Below are positions 37,801-50,737 of a stretch of 64,000 bases of DNA, one piece after another. The notes under the pieces were generated by a model. That model was given only the letters and a program-made list of their open reading frames with translations, did no database searches and was not told the origin of the DNA. Source of the DNA: Takakia lepidozioides (Eukaryota; Plantae; Bryophyta); assembly GCA_030704615.1 (NCBI GenBank), contig CM060732.1, positions 37,324,001 through 37,388,000 of the forward strand, read 5' to 3'. How positions within the stretch are numbered: the stretch's first letter is position 1; every line of letters starts with the position of its first letter. The translations under genes were made by a program, and so were the position numbers.

Positions 37801-40800
37801 ACTGAAGCCATCCATGAATGAGTACATCTCATGGCCGGCCACAGTGTCCAATACTACTTTTGTGAATGACAAAGGGAATGGATCTTTCTTCGTGCAAGCA
37901 TTCAACTTCTTATAGTTCACACAAACTCTCAGTTTACCATTCTTCTGGGAACTATCACAATGGGTGACAACCAAGTGTATACTCTATTGGGTATATAAAC
38001 TTAGCCTCAGCCAACTTCTTGATCTCTTCTCCAACCTTCTGTGCATAGTTGGGATTCATTCTGTACCTTGCCTGTTTGATTGGTACTGACCCTAGTTCCA
38101 ATTCAATCTTATGCTGATAGATCTCAGGTGGTATCCCTTTTAGATCCTCGTAGCTCCAAGCAAATACATCTCTGTATTTGATGAACAAACTCTTAGCTTC
38201 CTCAAAGAATTCTGCTCCAAATCAGCTCCTACCTTCACCATCCTCGGTTCCTCTTCAGTTCCCACATTCACTTCTCTCACCTGCTCATCAGCTGTGATTG
38301 TCCAACAGTCACCACTTCATCCTGTAAACTCACAGTGGCTGGTTCCTCTAGGATTTCCATTTCTCCTTCTCTTTCTTCATAGAAATTGGTGGGTAACTGC
38401 TGGTTTCTTCTTCAATTGGTGTTGCTGTCACTAACCACACACACATACCTTTTAAACAACTTAGACCTTCCAGCTGCATCTCTGCACCCTGCTCCCACTC
38501 TGGGTGTGCAGCGAATAGAGTAGCTTCCTGCTCCTCATCCAGTCCTCCCCTCCAGTCATACTCCCTGACCCCTCGAGGTCTTCTCGTAGCAGGTAATCTA
38601 CTAGATTTCTTAGTGGTAATTTGTATCTTGTGTATCCCATTATGCACATTTAACTTAGAATTCCAGTCATGGAATACGCTGGCTTATTTCAGCCACGGGC
38701 GTCCCAATAATAAGGAGTAAGCCTCCATGACTTCATCCATTTTAAACACAGTTACTGTGATCATAAAGATCATCTTTTGAATCTGTATCTTAACTCCTCT
38801 TATCAGTCCCAATGGCTGTACATTCTTTGATCTGCCATTGTTACTGTAAAGGGTTGGTTTCATGTTACTTAGAGACCAAGCTTCTGCCTTAATTGGTCTG
38901 TCATGATATTCACTCCAGAGCCTCCATCTATCAGTACATCAGTTAGTTATGTGCTTCCAATTCTCAACTGGATTACTGGCATAGAATCATCAAAGTCCAT
39001 GACTGTTTCTCACCCTTCCGGCTTCACATTATAACTGGTCACCTTGTGCTGTTCAGGTCTGTGTTTCCTGTCACATGGGCAATTTGATTGATTGCTTGAT
39101 ACAGCCTGTGTCTACTACATAAGGTGCCACATCCAATAGCTGTCCACTGGTAATCTCTGCTTTGGTCTGGCAATTACTTCAGCCAAAGTCCCTTCATTAC
39201 TCTGCATGTCTGCAGCTTCTTTCTTCCTTCCTTCATCCTCACTCACTTCTTCTTCTTCTTCTCCATCAGAATCTGAGGAATCTGCCATAGGAATATCAGT
39301 ACTCTTCTGCATTTCCCTTATGGTATCTGCCACTGCCACTTCCTTGTGCAGTTCCTCTCTCATCTCCAGCCTCACATCTCTTCAAGCACATCACTGCCAT
39401 CTTCATTATCATCATCTCTTCCTCAACTAATGGAGATATTAGTTTGGCTTTGCTTCTTGTTACTATCATTGTACTTACTTCTGGTACAACCATGGCCTAA
39501 CCATGTGAGCTTGCCACCACTGGGCCCTCATTCACATGAGCTCTCATCTCATTCTGGTGTCTAATCCAGAATGAACAGGCTGCTTGCGATGTCCTGGCTA
39601 ATTACAATAGTAATACAGTTCTTCACCATTGGGTCCTCGCGCCTTTGGTCTGCTCTAGGATTATTTCTGTAATCCTGATTCCCTGGCTGGTAATTTCCCC
39701 CTTGGATTACCCTGATAGTTGCCTCTGGACTTTCCTTGGTAATTCCCTCTTGAATTACCTCTCCCTTCCATGCCATTGTTATAACCACCAGGCCTACCAT
39801 AGTGTCCTATCACTGTTTCTTCTTGGCTGGGGCTGCACTTGATGCACCCTTACTTGCCTAGGTTCTCTTGCAGCTGTCCTTCTGTTGTAGTAACAATTCT
39901 CAGTAGAATGGTTACCATTTTACAGATAGTACAGTGTTTCTCCTTCTGTGACATTCAGTGGTGGTATGGCCTTCATTCTGGCACTTTGCACACCCACACC
40001 TTCCTCCAATGTGTTGCCGCAGCAAGCAAGCCTTTGTGGCATACTTCTTCAAGATTTCTTCTAATCTTTTCTCATAGTTATCCCTCTTCAACTTCTCCTT
40101 TCTCTTACTCTTCCTTTTCAGCTCTGCTCTTCTTCCTCATCCGACTCACCTCAGAGTCCTCTCCTCATCCCTTTCTCTCTCCTGAGCATTTCCAATTGCT
40201 TCAATTCTGTTCGTTGTTTCAAATGCCTCCTCCACTGTATTATGGGGTAACATATCCACTTTCTTTTCGGCAACTCTGGTCTTAGTCCACTCACAAAAAC
40301 CAAGTCTTCTGTAAACCTGGTGCTGGTATAGCAGCCAGCTTTTTCATCATCAATTCCATTTTTTCCATATACTCCTCAACAGTTTCATGCTTATTTTGCT
40401 TTAACTGTTGTAAACTTCCATACACTTCATCCTCAGTTTTACTTGTCCTGAACCTATTTCGGAAATGCTGTATTCAAGCCATTCCAAGTTAGGAAATGAT
40501 TATCAGGGAATCTTGCATACCATTCATTTGCTTTCTTGATAAGTGAACAAGGAAACAATCTCATCTTGGCATCATCGCCATTCTCATTGTTCACTATACA
40601 CATGTGCTCAAATTGGCTAATGTGTACACATCGGGATCCCCTTTTCCTGAATATATTGGAAAAGTGTTTTTGTCTCGTGTTGGTTGTAACGCCATCTGTG
40701 GCCTTACTTTCTCTGCCACTGACAGATGCTGGCACCCTTGCTGGTCCTGGTCCTTGAGGACCTGTTGTAGTTGTGGTGGATTTCCCACCCAGTGGTGGCC

Positions 40801-42100
40801 CCTGAGCACTCCCTGCTACTGGCCCCATGATATTCACAATATTCCCAGCTCCAGTTGCACTACTTCCCACACTCCCTGTCCCCCCAGAGCCAGATCCAGG
40901 CAGCCCGCCTGATCCCCCTGAGCTGACACCTTCGTTGGCCTGTGATCCAAGTGCTCCACTTGATCCAGATCCAACGGGTTGGGATGTCCTGGTTGTAGTC
41001 TCTCAGTTGTTGGGTCTACTTCTTCATACTCTTTCTCTTCCAATTTCTTCTCTCTGTTTCATCCTCCAATGGGGTTTCTTCTTCACTCATGTAACTCAAC
41101 TGTAATGGTGTTGGAGAGTCTGAACTCTCCGTTGGCTCTGCCACATCCTCTCCTCCTTCTTCACCTTCCGTTTCAGAAACTGGAGTTCCTGCTTTTGGTG
41201 TTCCATGCCAACTATTATCAAAGATTTCTGTCAAGTCTTTTATCCAAGGATGTACCTCAGATCTTTCACCTCGTGATTGATCTTCTTTCCGTACCAATTC
41301 CCTTAATCTTTCTTGCAAAGAAAAAGAAGGAATGGCATCCAACTCTAGTTCTTCCGGTATGGGTGATGTACTCTCTGATCTTAATGGTGTGAGAGGTCCA
41401 GATGATTCCCCTATGTCTATTCCTCTCTCCCAAAGATATGGATAATTAGCTTTCAGATAACTTTCTCTTTTTGCTAAATATCTCTAGAATCTAGCTTCTC
41501 TTTCATCACTCATGTCCCATGTCTTTCATTTCTTTTAATGTGGCAATCACCAAAACTCTCTTCTGTAATATCTCTCGTATATGCCTGGGTTTCTTTCAAG
41601 CTTCAATGCACCCTTGGCTATACTAGAAGTCTCCGTTACCATATAACCATATGGCAAACAAGTCTGGAAAGCTGTTCTCGGTGTGAGTTTGATCCACAGA
41701 ATATCCTTTGGAATCCAATTATTTACCAGTACAAGCTCTTTATGCATATGAGTATAAACATTCACCTTTCTTTCCTCCCAGCCTTCAAACTCTACTCGCT
41801 TAATGGATAGCAATGCTATCACATAAACCAGTGTTGGTAACCAATGTGCTCTTCCTCTACAGGCCACCTGATAAATCTTTATCACTCCTTTCTCCAGACC
41901 CCACTCAGGGTCAGCATCATGCACTCTCTTAAGAATGTTTTCCTTACAACCGTCTGGCAATTCCAAGAACCTCTGAAAGAATCGTTTCGACAATCTTTCC
42001 TTCTCAGTTTCACAGGGAATTTGATTCACATCAAATTCTTTAATTCTCCAACCACCATGATCCCACCAGATGCCTGTCGCATCTGGTTGCTCATGACTTA
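34876..42100 (-). pseudogene. gag-pol of gypsy element 1 with long N-terminal extension
   Basis: ORFs 40454-40870 (gag core), 37955-38188 and 37312-37974 (RT), 36971-37252 (RH), 36415-36642, 36272-36469, 35850-36203 and 34876-35853 (INT). Confidence 0.9.
35205..35365. repeat. ~10-bp tandem repeats (GCTGTGATAG-like) downstream of integrase
   Basis: Direct reading; the unit resembles the GCTGTG/CACAGC LTR arrays. Confidence 0.85.
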
Positions 42101-42102
42101 GT

Positions 42103-42120
42103 TCCCCAGTATGGTCGCCA
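42103..42120 (-). promoter_or_regulatory. Primer-binding site TGGCGACCATACTGGGGA (tRNA-Arg-like)
   Basis: Starts with TGG 2 nt inside the 5' LTR and resembles plant tRNA-Arg 3' ends. Confidence 0.75.
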
Positions 42121-42122
42121 AA

Positions 42123-43142
42123 TATCGAGCGGCTTTTACTCACCCATCCCTTCGCTATCCGAGGTGGGAACTCCAAGATATAAGAGTTGGAAATCTCTAA
42201 GCACTCAGCCCGCTCAGAACAATCAGTCATGACCTACAGCTAGTGTATCATGGGGGTGTTTCCTATTTGTACTCCTTTCCGCATTCATGTTAGCGAGTTA
42301 CCTTACTGTCTGCAATTAAGTATCAGATTGCTTCAGAAATCTATCAGGTTCCATCCACTCATCCATTTATTCCACAGCTTCACTCAGGTCTCTCTACACA
42401 GTGTGAGTATGAAGTATGTATCAGATTGATATCTATCAAGTATCAGGCTGAAGCCATGGTGTCTCTAATCTACTCTACATTACAATTCTACAGCTTGCAT
42501 TCATCAAGTATCAACAGATCGTCTCTTCTCATACTCCGTGCTCTCCATCTTTCCACTCAGAGATGCGCTCTCCCCTTCATTTCCAAGCCGTGATGCCAGA
42601 AGTCCCCCCCCAAGAAGTGATCCCCCAAATGTCCCCGCTCTTGGCTTTATCTACCTACAAGCTGTTCTAACCGCTTTCCTAACTAACAGCCCGACACAGC
42701 CGCCACAGCTTTGCACAGCCGACACAGCCCCACACAGCCAGTCACAGCCCGATACAGCCGCCACAGCTTCACACAGCCCTACACAGCCCGCCACAGCCTG
42801 ATACAGCCAGTCACAGCTCGGCACAGCTGGGGGACAGTTATCATTGGCAGGGAACGACTGTGGGGGAACGACATCTGAAAAAAGAACGTGTACTACAGGG
42901 CTGTGTTGGCTGTGCGAAGCTGTGGCCGGCTGTGTCGAGCTGTGTTGGCTGTGACGACTGTGATGACTATGACTGCTGCGTCTGACTGGGTCGGCTGTTT
43001 CGGCTGTGTCGGACTGTGTATCTCTCCCCCTAAAGCCTGTTGCTGTCACCCCTAAGGCTTCTGTTGGTCTCAGTCTGCGCAAAAATTAAGGGTACCCTAC
43101 AGATCCCATAAAAGCGTCTAAGTCCCAAGCAGCCCTCTAACA
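42123..43142 (-). repeat. 5' LTR of gypsy element 1
   Basis: Matches 30444 onward; adjacent to the PBS. Confidence 0.9.
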
Positions 43143-43147
43143 AGTGG

Positions 43148-43470
43148 GACTTACCTTATATAAACAATGGGTTCGGGCTTTCCTGATTTCCTCTAGAAAG
43201 CCCTTCACACACAAGCATCAATCTATTGTGTGTGAACTGCCCAACAATTAGACCCCAAGAGGGCCAGGGCTTTAGGCGCAGCCTCGAGATTTTGAAAGTT
43301 GGTGAACAGAGGTGCAGGGACTACGTTCTTGATGGTCATGAAGAGGGTCTGATGAGAATACCCCGGACATTGTATCAGAAAAAAGGCAGTTCATGCGAGT
43401 GTTGCTTGTCTCAACCTCAAAGCGACACTCCTCACGTCGCTCAAATGCTTTTCCTGCACCCTCTACCCTA
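43148..43470 (-). mobile_element. Degenerate fragment of the same LINE family (target of gypsy element 1)
   Basis: Nucleotide similarity to 23100-23345; CVKGFLEEIRK. Confidence 0.7.
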
Positions 43471-43829
43471 GAAACCAAAAAATGATCAAGTTGTTTATAG
43501 CGACGCCTCAGGCGTCGCTACAAATTACTTATCAACAAGAAAAAAACTCAAATGCGACGCCCTCGGCGTCGCTAAAAATGACTTGACAAAAAAAACTCAA
43601 ATGCGACGGTTTTTTTGTGTTTTTTTGTTTTTGGTGTTTGATGCGACGCTTTTGCGATACCCAAGGCCTCGCATTCAAAATGTGACGTCTTTTTTTTTTA
43701 TTTGTTTTAATTTTTTTTGGGGCGTCGCAAGATGGAGACGTTGTGGGGGCGTCGAATGGGAGAGGCGTCCCGGGGGGGTAGGCGTCGCAAAACCCCCCCC
43801 CCCCCCCCCACCCCTTTTCCTGTAGTGAA

Positions 43830-44213
43830 CATCTATCAAGCTCAACTCAACAAGTTTCAATACCTCTTGGTATGTTCGGATGTGCAGTGTTTTTTGAGCG
43901 CAATGGTCTCTCTGTTGCTTCCCTATTGCCACAAAATCCAGAAGGGGTGGAAATTACGTCCAAACATGATCGCAAATAGACTCATCCGAAGGGAACTCAT
44001 GGAACTTCATGTCAGACGCACATGGAAGCGAGCCACTCTGACAACTAAACTCCATTTCTATCGAGAGACTTTTTTAGTTCTCCGAGACGATAGGATCTTG
44101 CGGCCTAACTACCTTTTTGCTCCCTTATCTCCCTCTCTTTGGAGGGCACTGGGACAGTTCAGAGTGGGCTCTCACAATTTACGGATAAAGACTGGTGATA
44201 GGCGGTAAAACCT
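43830..44213 (+). mobile_element. LINE ORF2 C-terminal fragment (RTE-like), cut by the copia LTR
   Basis: KLHFY...RALGQFRVGSHNLRIKTG, a typical post-RT motif. Confidence 0.7.
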
Positions 44214-44265
44214 TGTTGGAAGTAATTAAACATATCATATTCTAGGAGGCCATAGGTGTGACCAA

Positions 44266-45015
44266 GGGCAGTTACAGGATAGGGTGTCTCAGTTTGGACG
44301 ACATCGGGTAGTTTTTCAGTGACTGTGCTTCATGTCATCTTTTTATTTGTTCACAACAGTTCATCTTTATTATAAAGGATATTGGTTCTTGTATACCACC
44401 TACGAGACCTATATAATGTAACATTTTTTTTCGCAAATTGGATGAACTATAGAATACTATGGACTTTTGAATCTCAATCACTGTTTTGTCGTCGGCACAA
44501 TAATTTGTGTTATGGACTCTAAAAAACATATCCAAGTGTAACCAATTGTGATAAGGACAAAAAGCCAGTGTAGAAATTGTGCAATGTTTCAATAGGTGAA
44601 AGTAGTTTAAAAATCTATCAAATTTTGACCAAACTATGAATTTTTTTATACAAAAACAAATAGGTTTTTTTAATTAGTCCATAGCATATTGTCTTTTGGG
44701 CTTTTGGGATATCATCTTTTACTAATAAATCTACAAACATATAATCTAGGATGGCCAGGTGGTATATGGACAAATGGTCATAGATTGTAAGGTTAGACTC
44801 ATATTTTTTTTTTCAATTAAGAATATTTTTTAATAATAAATAACATCTATAATATCTGGGGCTAGACCCTTTACTAAAGATGTTAAGTACTATTGTCTAT
44901 CTTTATAAGAGTCAAACTGAAAAAATATGCTCAAAAATATAAATATAAATATATATATATCTTTCATGGCCATCATAATCTGTCGAAAGTGAGACACCAT
45001 ATCCTGCAACTATCC
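44266..45015. mobile_element. AT-rich MITE (PIF/Harbinger/Tourist-like) in the copia LTR
   Basis: ~34-bp imperfect TIRs GGGCAGTTACAGGATAGGGTGTCTCA.. / ..TGAGACACCATATCCTGCAACTATCC, with 3-bp TSD CAA on both sides. Confidence 0.7.
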
Positions 45016-47130
45016 CAAGGGACGTTGAACTCACCTTTAGAAGGTGAATGGTTGGAAGGTGAATGGACAACATAGTAAGAAGGTGAAGAGACTAGATAGA
45101 TCATAGAGATCCATATGCTCTAAGACCTTTATGTATAAGACTCGGGGGTGAAGCCACTAGTTATAACAAGAGTATGACAGTGGTCTCTATGGTTGGGTGG
45201 AGAGCTAAACTTTATCATTTTAGTTTGCTATCAATTCTAACATGGTGTCAGAGCCATTCTTGTCTAGGTGAGTGTGTACTTAAGTTGAGAGAACTTGATC
45301 ATGGAGTGTTGTCTTCTAGTGATCCTGCTCAAATGTCTATCTCCAATACATTAGATGTGAGAGTGGAAGATCGGTTCAATGGAACTAACTATCAAACTTG
45401 GAAGTTTAGAATAGAGATGGTCTTTCTAGATAAAGATCTATGGGGAGTAGTTGATGGATCAGTTCCAAGACCAGACACTAATGTTGGCCAAGCTATATGG
45501 TGTCGCGCACCTCACTTCGGTAAGCTCCCCCTCAAGTCATAGTTACTCGCTTTGATGCGCGCGCCTGACTCCCAACCTGGCCGCCGGGCCAACTTGGAGC
45601 TTCGGCAGCTCACCGGGGCATAACGGTCCCCCTTTGTTCTCCCAAAAAACCCTCCACCGATTTGGAACCAGCGGGAATTCCCTTTGGTAGGTGGCAGTCC
45701 GGAACAGCTCCCCACTCTTTGGTCGCTTTCCGGCTCGCTCGCTTATTCACTAGTTTTTGGTCACCAACGGGCTTGCACCGTTCTCGGGGTTACTACTCCC
45801 TATATATACTTTTGTAGCTGTCCGCGGGGGTTTCACAACCAGCCATGCCATTTTATGGCGAACCACCACGAAAACCCTCGACTCCCGGTGATGAGTCGCG
45901 GTGACTCTTGGCCCACTCACCACGACCCCTATGGACCGTGATGAGTCCCAAGACTCCCCACGACTCCCACCACGAGGTCTCCGCCCCCATGGTGAGTCCT
46001 ATGCCACCCCCACTAAGTCCCGCTAAGCTACCACCACCCCTTGTGGAGCCACCCCCACCGCAACCCGGTGTGCGGAGCTCCACCTAGTGAGCGCCTCCGC
46101 CTCCGTGAGTGCCTTGGGCACTCAAGGGTGCTTCAGCCCCCCATACCTATCGCTGTCGCTGCCCCCACCACAGGGGCAACCCCTCATGTGTCCCGACCCC
46201 CTGCCCTCAAGGCAAAGGGCCGCGACACATACTCCTACCAACAAGGAGTCGATGTCCTCATCGACTTGTCCATTTTGTAGAAACGAACATCCAAGTTGTG
46301 GCGTCCCACATCAAGGAGTTTGTTTCCGTACCATGGCGTCCCATGGCAAAGAACCAAACCCCACACTTGACTCTACTCTCCACTAGCTAGTTCGGCCGAC
46401 TTCCTCCGAGTCCCGGCCAAGGGTGGAGCCTCTCCAGCTCCTCCCAGTGCACTCTTCTTGGCCTACTTCAAGGCCAAGGAACGATCCTCCCCGAGGATCG
46501 CATCGCCTTACTGTAACAACATTGCTTGCGACCGCTCATGATGCCGCTTTTGGCATCACCTTGAGCAAGGGTTCCCTGGAACCCTCTTTGACTAGGAAGA
46601 TAACCTTGAACCAACCGTGCGCCCTAATCACTACAATTGGGTCCGCCTTGGAATGCTGGCCTGAGGTACGGGAACACGCCGGAGCCGCACTACGACTTCG
46701 TCCCGAGGCTACACGATTATAGTACGTGAACGGAAACACGTAGCTTCCGCGTTAGCCCGCACTACAAGGCAACCCCCTCGGTAGCGCAGTTATAGTACGC
46801 GCACGCGCCAGGTGAACACTAGTACGTGAACTCCCAAAGAAGGCGCAAGTTTCCTTGCCCCTTGGATGGGGGTCACCCGATTTCGGCACTACGCAAACAC
46901 ACGATTAACCCAATTTACCCCCCCACTTTTATAAGCTAGCATGCATTCTACACACTAGCCAACCATACCATGCATCACCATTCCAAGCAAAATAGGACGC
47001 ACAACATTTGGAAGCCTTTTCATTTATAGCACGTTTTGTACAATATAAGTTTTTGCAATTGGATTCCTAAGCTAGCTAAGCCGGGCTAAGCATGCATTTC
47101 CTCCCCCACGCTCCAAGGTTGATGTCCCCA

Positions 47131-50100
47131 TCAACGCTTCTTCCGCTTTTGAGGTCGCCCTTCGAAAGCTGCAACCGCCTCGGATGCGTTTCCCATTTCT
47201 GAGGCACGCACCCAAGATGCCTCCACATGATGATAGCCCTTCCATTTGACGAGATACTCCGTTTCTCGGTTCCTGAACCTCCTCGACTTAAGTATTGCCT
47301 CCACCTCGTACTGAGGTTCATTTTCATGATCCAACAGCATAGGTGGCGGACGCAACACTTGATGCCGATTCGGACGCGCTTCATCTTTGAAGTAAGGCTT
47401 CAAAAGAGATACATGGAATACTGGGTGCACCTTACTGTTTGCCGGCAGCTCCAATTCATACACATCCTCATTCATAACCTTCCGAATGCGAAAGGGTCCC
47501 GCATACAGAGGTACGAACTTCGGACTCACTTCCGGAGGTAGTCGGAAATTCTTGATGTTCAACCAGACCTCTGTACCTGCCTCAAACTTCACTTCCCTCC
47601 GCTTCGGATTCGCCTGCCTTTCATACCGTTTCCTAGCTTTGGCAATGTTGTACTTTGCGAGCTTCAACAAACGCTCGCGTTCTTCCAGTACCGCCGCTAC
47701 TGCCGGTTCCTCAACGTCCTGGGCGGCCCAACTTGTCGGCACCAGAGGTGCTTTTCCATAGACCAATACGAAAGGGGAAACTCCCGTTGCGGAGTGTTCT
47801 GTGTTATTATAACAGAACTCTGCCGCGTCTAAGTGTTCCACCCAGTCTGTTTGGTCTGCCGACACGTAATTCCGCAAGATCTGCTTCACTACGGAATTCA
47901 CTCTTTCTGTTTGGCCGTCGGTCGTAGGTCGGAAGGCGGTGCTCATTTTCAGCCTTGTCCCCATCTTCTTCCAAAGTGCCCTCCAAAATTTATTCGTGAA
48001 CTTTGGATCGCGGTCCGAGACAATATCCTTCGGGACTCCATGATGCTTTAAGACGTGGGCGAAGTAAAGTCGCCCTGTCTCCTGCGCCGTTGCCGTCTCC
48101 TTGGTGGGGATGAAATGGCCCATTTTACTGAACCTATCCACCACCACCATGATTGCATCGAATCCTTTTGACAGCGGCATAGCAGTCATGAAATCCATCG
48201 AGACGCTTTCCCAAGTCCCCTCTGGAATCGGCAAGGGTTGTAACAGCCCCGCTTGCTTTTTGTACTCGCTCCGGTTTTGTTGGCATGTGGTGCATGTCTT
48301 GACATACTCCTCTGCCTCTTCCCTCAGTTTGGGCCAGAAATACTCTTTCTTCAAGAGTGCCGCAGTGCGCTTGGCTCCGCCGTGGCCCGCAAGCGGGCTA
48401 TCATGGCATTCTCTCAAGAGGCTATCTCTGATCCCTCCCTTCGGCACGTAGAGACGCTTTTGCTTATACCGGAGCAGTCCATTTTGCAAGTGGAACTGCG
48501 ATTTAACCCCCATCCTCAAGTCCTGCATCATGGACTTCGCCAGCTCATCCTTCCGGCAAGCCTTCCGGATCTTCCTTTGGAGTGCCGTCTCGCCCTTGTA
48601 CACCAACAAGAGCTGCTGCTTTCTACTTAAAGCATCGGCCACCACGTTGTCTCGCCCCGGTTTGTACTGGATATCCACGTCGAATACCGCCAAAGTATCT
48701 TACCAGCTAAGTTGTTTTGGGGACAACTTGGGCTGCGTGGCAAAATACTTCACCGTGATATTGTCCGTGAACACCTTCACTGGGTTGGAACCAACATAGT
48801 GGCGCCAAAGCTCAAGGCAATGCACCACCGCCTTCATCTCTTTTTCGTGCGTCGGCCACCGTCGCTCCACTTCATTCAGTTTCTTACTTTCGTAAGCCAC
48901 TGGACGTCCATCTTGCATAAGTACACCCCCAATTGCGAAGTCTGACGCATCTGTATGAATCTCAAATGGACGATCGAACTCCGGGATTTTCAAGACTGGA
49001 GCTTCCGCCATCCGCTGCTTCAATTCAGCAAAAGCTTGGCCACAAAAGGTGTTCCATGCCCAGACTTTAGATTTACACAGAAGGTCTGACAGCGGCCCCG
49101 CGATTTTGGCGAAATTTCTCACATACTTCCAGTAATAGGAGGCGAGTCCTAGGAATGATTGCACTCCCGGGACCGAAGTCGGAGGCTCCCAGTCCAAGAT
49201 CGCCCTCACCTTTCTGTCATCCATTTTGATCCCATCTTGTGTAATCACATGCCCCAGGAACTCCATTTTTGTGACCCCGAATTCGCACTTTGAAGCTTTG
49301 GCATACAACTTCCCTTCTCGCAATTTTTGGAACACCCTTTTCAGGTGCTCCAGGTGCTCTTCCTTTGTTTTCGAGTACACCAAGATGTCGTCGATGTACA
49401 CGATCACAAAGTCACCCAACCACTCCTGGAAAAGGCTGTTCAACAGCGTGCTAAATGTCGCTGGTGCATTGGTGAGCCCAAAAGGCATCACCAAGAACTC
49501 ATATGAACCATACCTTGTCCTGCACGCAGTCTTCTCCTCATCTCCTTCCGCCACCCGAATTTCCGGAGCGCAAGTCGATCCGGCTGAAATACTTTGCTCC
49601 TGCCAACCGATCGAGGAGGTCGTCGATCCTTGGCAAAGGGTACCGGTTTTTGATAGTCACCTTATTCAGAGCCCTGTAATCGACACACATCCGCAGTGTC
49701 CCATCCTTCTTGTCTGCAAATAGCACCGGGGCTCCGTAAGGTGACTTACTCGGCCGGATGTACCCCTTTGACATTAGATCCTTGAGCTGAGTCTTCAGCT
49801 CGACCAACTCCCTGTGGCTCAACCGGTAGGGCGCCTTGGCAGGCGGTTCCGATCCCGGTATCACCTCAATCTTGTGGTCAACTCCTCTTCGCGGTGGCAA
49901 GCCGCTTGACAAATCCTCCGGCATCACATCATGGTATTTCTCCAAAATCCCCTTGATCCAATCTGGGCTCGGCTCTCCATCGCCTTCTCCTTTCACTTCT
50001 CTAATGTAGAGCAAAAACGGGGGCTCGTGTGCCTCCTCCACGGCCCACTCCCTTGCTGACAGAAGGTTTATTCGCCCTCCCACGAGTTTGGGCGTTTCCG

Positions 50101-50500
50101 AAACTCGTAAGACCTCGCCACCATTCCAACATGGTAGCGTGACTACCCTCTTGCGGCCATCTATGACCGCTCCGGATCTGCTCAAAACGGTCATCCCCAA
50201 AATGAGATCCACTCCATCGATCTCGCAGACGGTGAAGTTCTCACATCCCTCCCAACTCCCCAGTTGAAGAGGAACATCGAACGCCAACTTCGTCGCCAAT
50301 TGCGGTTCTCCTTTGGCAGAATGCACCTCAATAGAGGCCCCTACGTCAGTTGTCGGAAGTCCCAGCTTTTGTGCCGTTGCCGGTGTCATGAAGGAGTGCG
50401 ACGCTCCTGTGTCCACCAACAATGACACGTTAGTTCCGGATATTATCCCATCCACGAACAATAAGTGACTCCCTTTACGCAATGCGCCAGTTTCCTGATA
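47131..50500 (-). pseudogene. pol of gypsy element 2 (PR-RT-RH-INT-chromodomain); frameshift ~49555, stop at 48700
   Basis: ORFs 49538-50608, 48700-49554 and 47131-48693. Confidence 0.95.
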
Positions 50501-50737
50501 CAACTCACAAGAATATTTGCCTACCTTGCAAGTCCTGGCGATAATTAATGAAGTCCACGTAATGAGGCCACATCGGTTGCCACGTCCGTTCTCATAATAA
50601 ATAGTCAATAGTAAAGTAAAAAAATAAACATATTTATGTACAGTAACGTCGATTTAGGACGTGACGTGACGCACGTCCGTCGCTGACGTCGGATGTGACG
50701 CTGACGCGTCAACGCCACGTCACGTCCAAATTTGCAA

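Larger units (their letters stand above)
30444..43142 (-). mobile_element. Ty3/gypsy LTR retrotransposon, non-chromovirus type, 12.7 kb
   Basis: TSD AGTGG (30439-30443, 43143-43147), TG...CA outer ends, LTRs at 30444-~31315 and 42123-43142. Domain order gag, PR (LIDGGSGVN), RT (FLDDF), RH (CDAS), INT (FISDQGSHF, GNGQAE); many frameshifts. Confidence 0.95.
28595..43827. mobile_element. Non-autonomous CACTA (En/Spm) element termini; additional right end at 30112
   Basis: Left end CACTATAGGAAAATGGGG (28595). Right ends CCCCAAATGGTGTAGTG (30112) and CCCCTTTTCCTGTAGTG (43827). Dense GCGAC/GTCGC subterminal repeats at 28620-29250, 29800-30085 and 43500-43790. No matching 3-bp TSD and no transposase. 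Confidence 0.7.

Noticed and set aside
47227-49723. Plus-strand ORFs overlapping pol
   Set aside because: Antisense shadows of GC-rich coding sequence.
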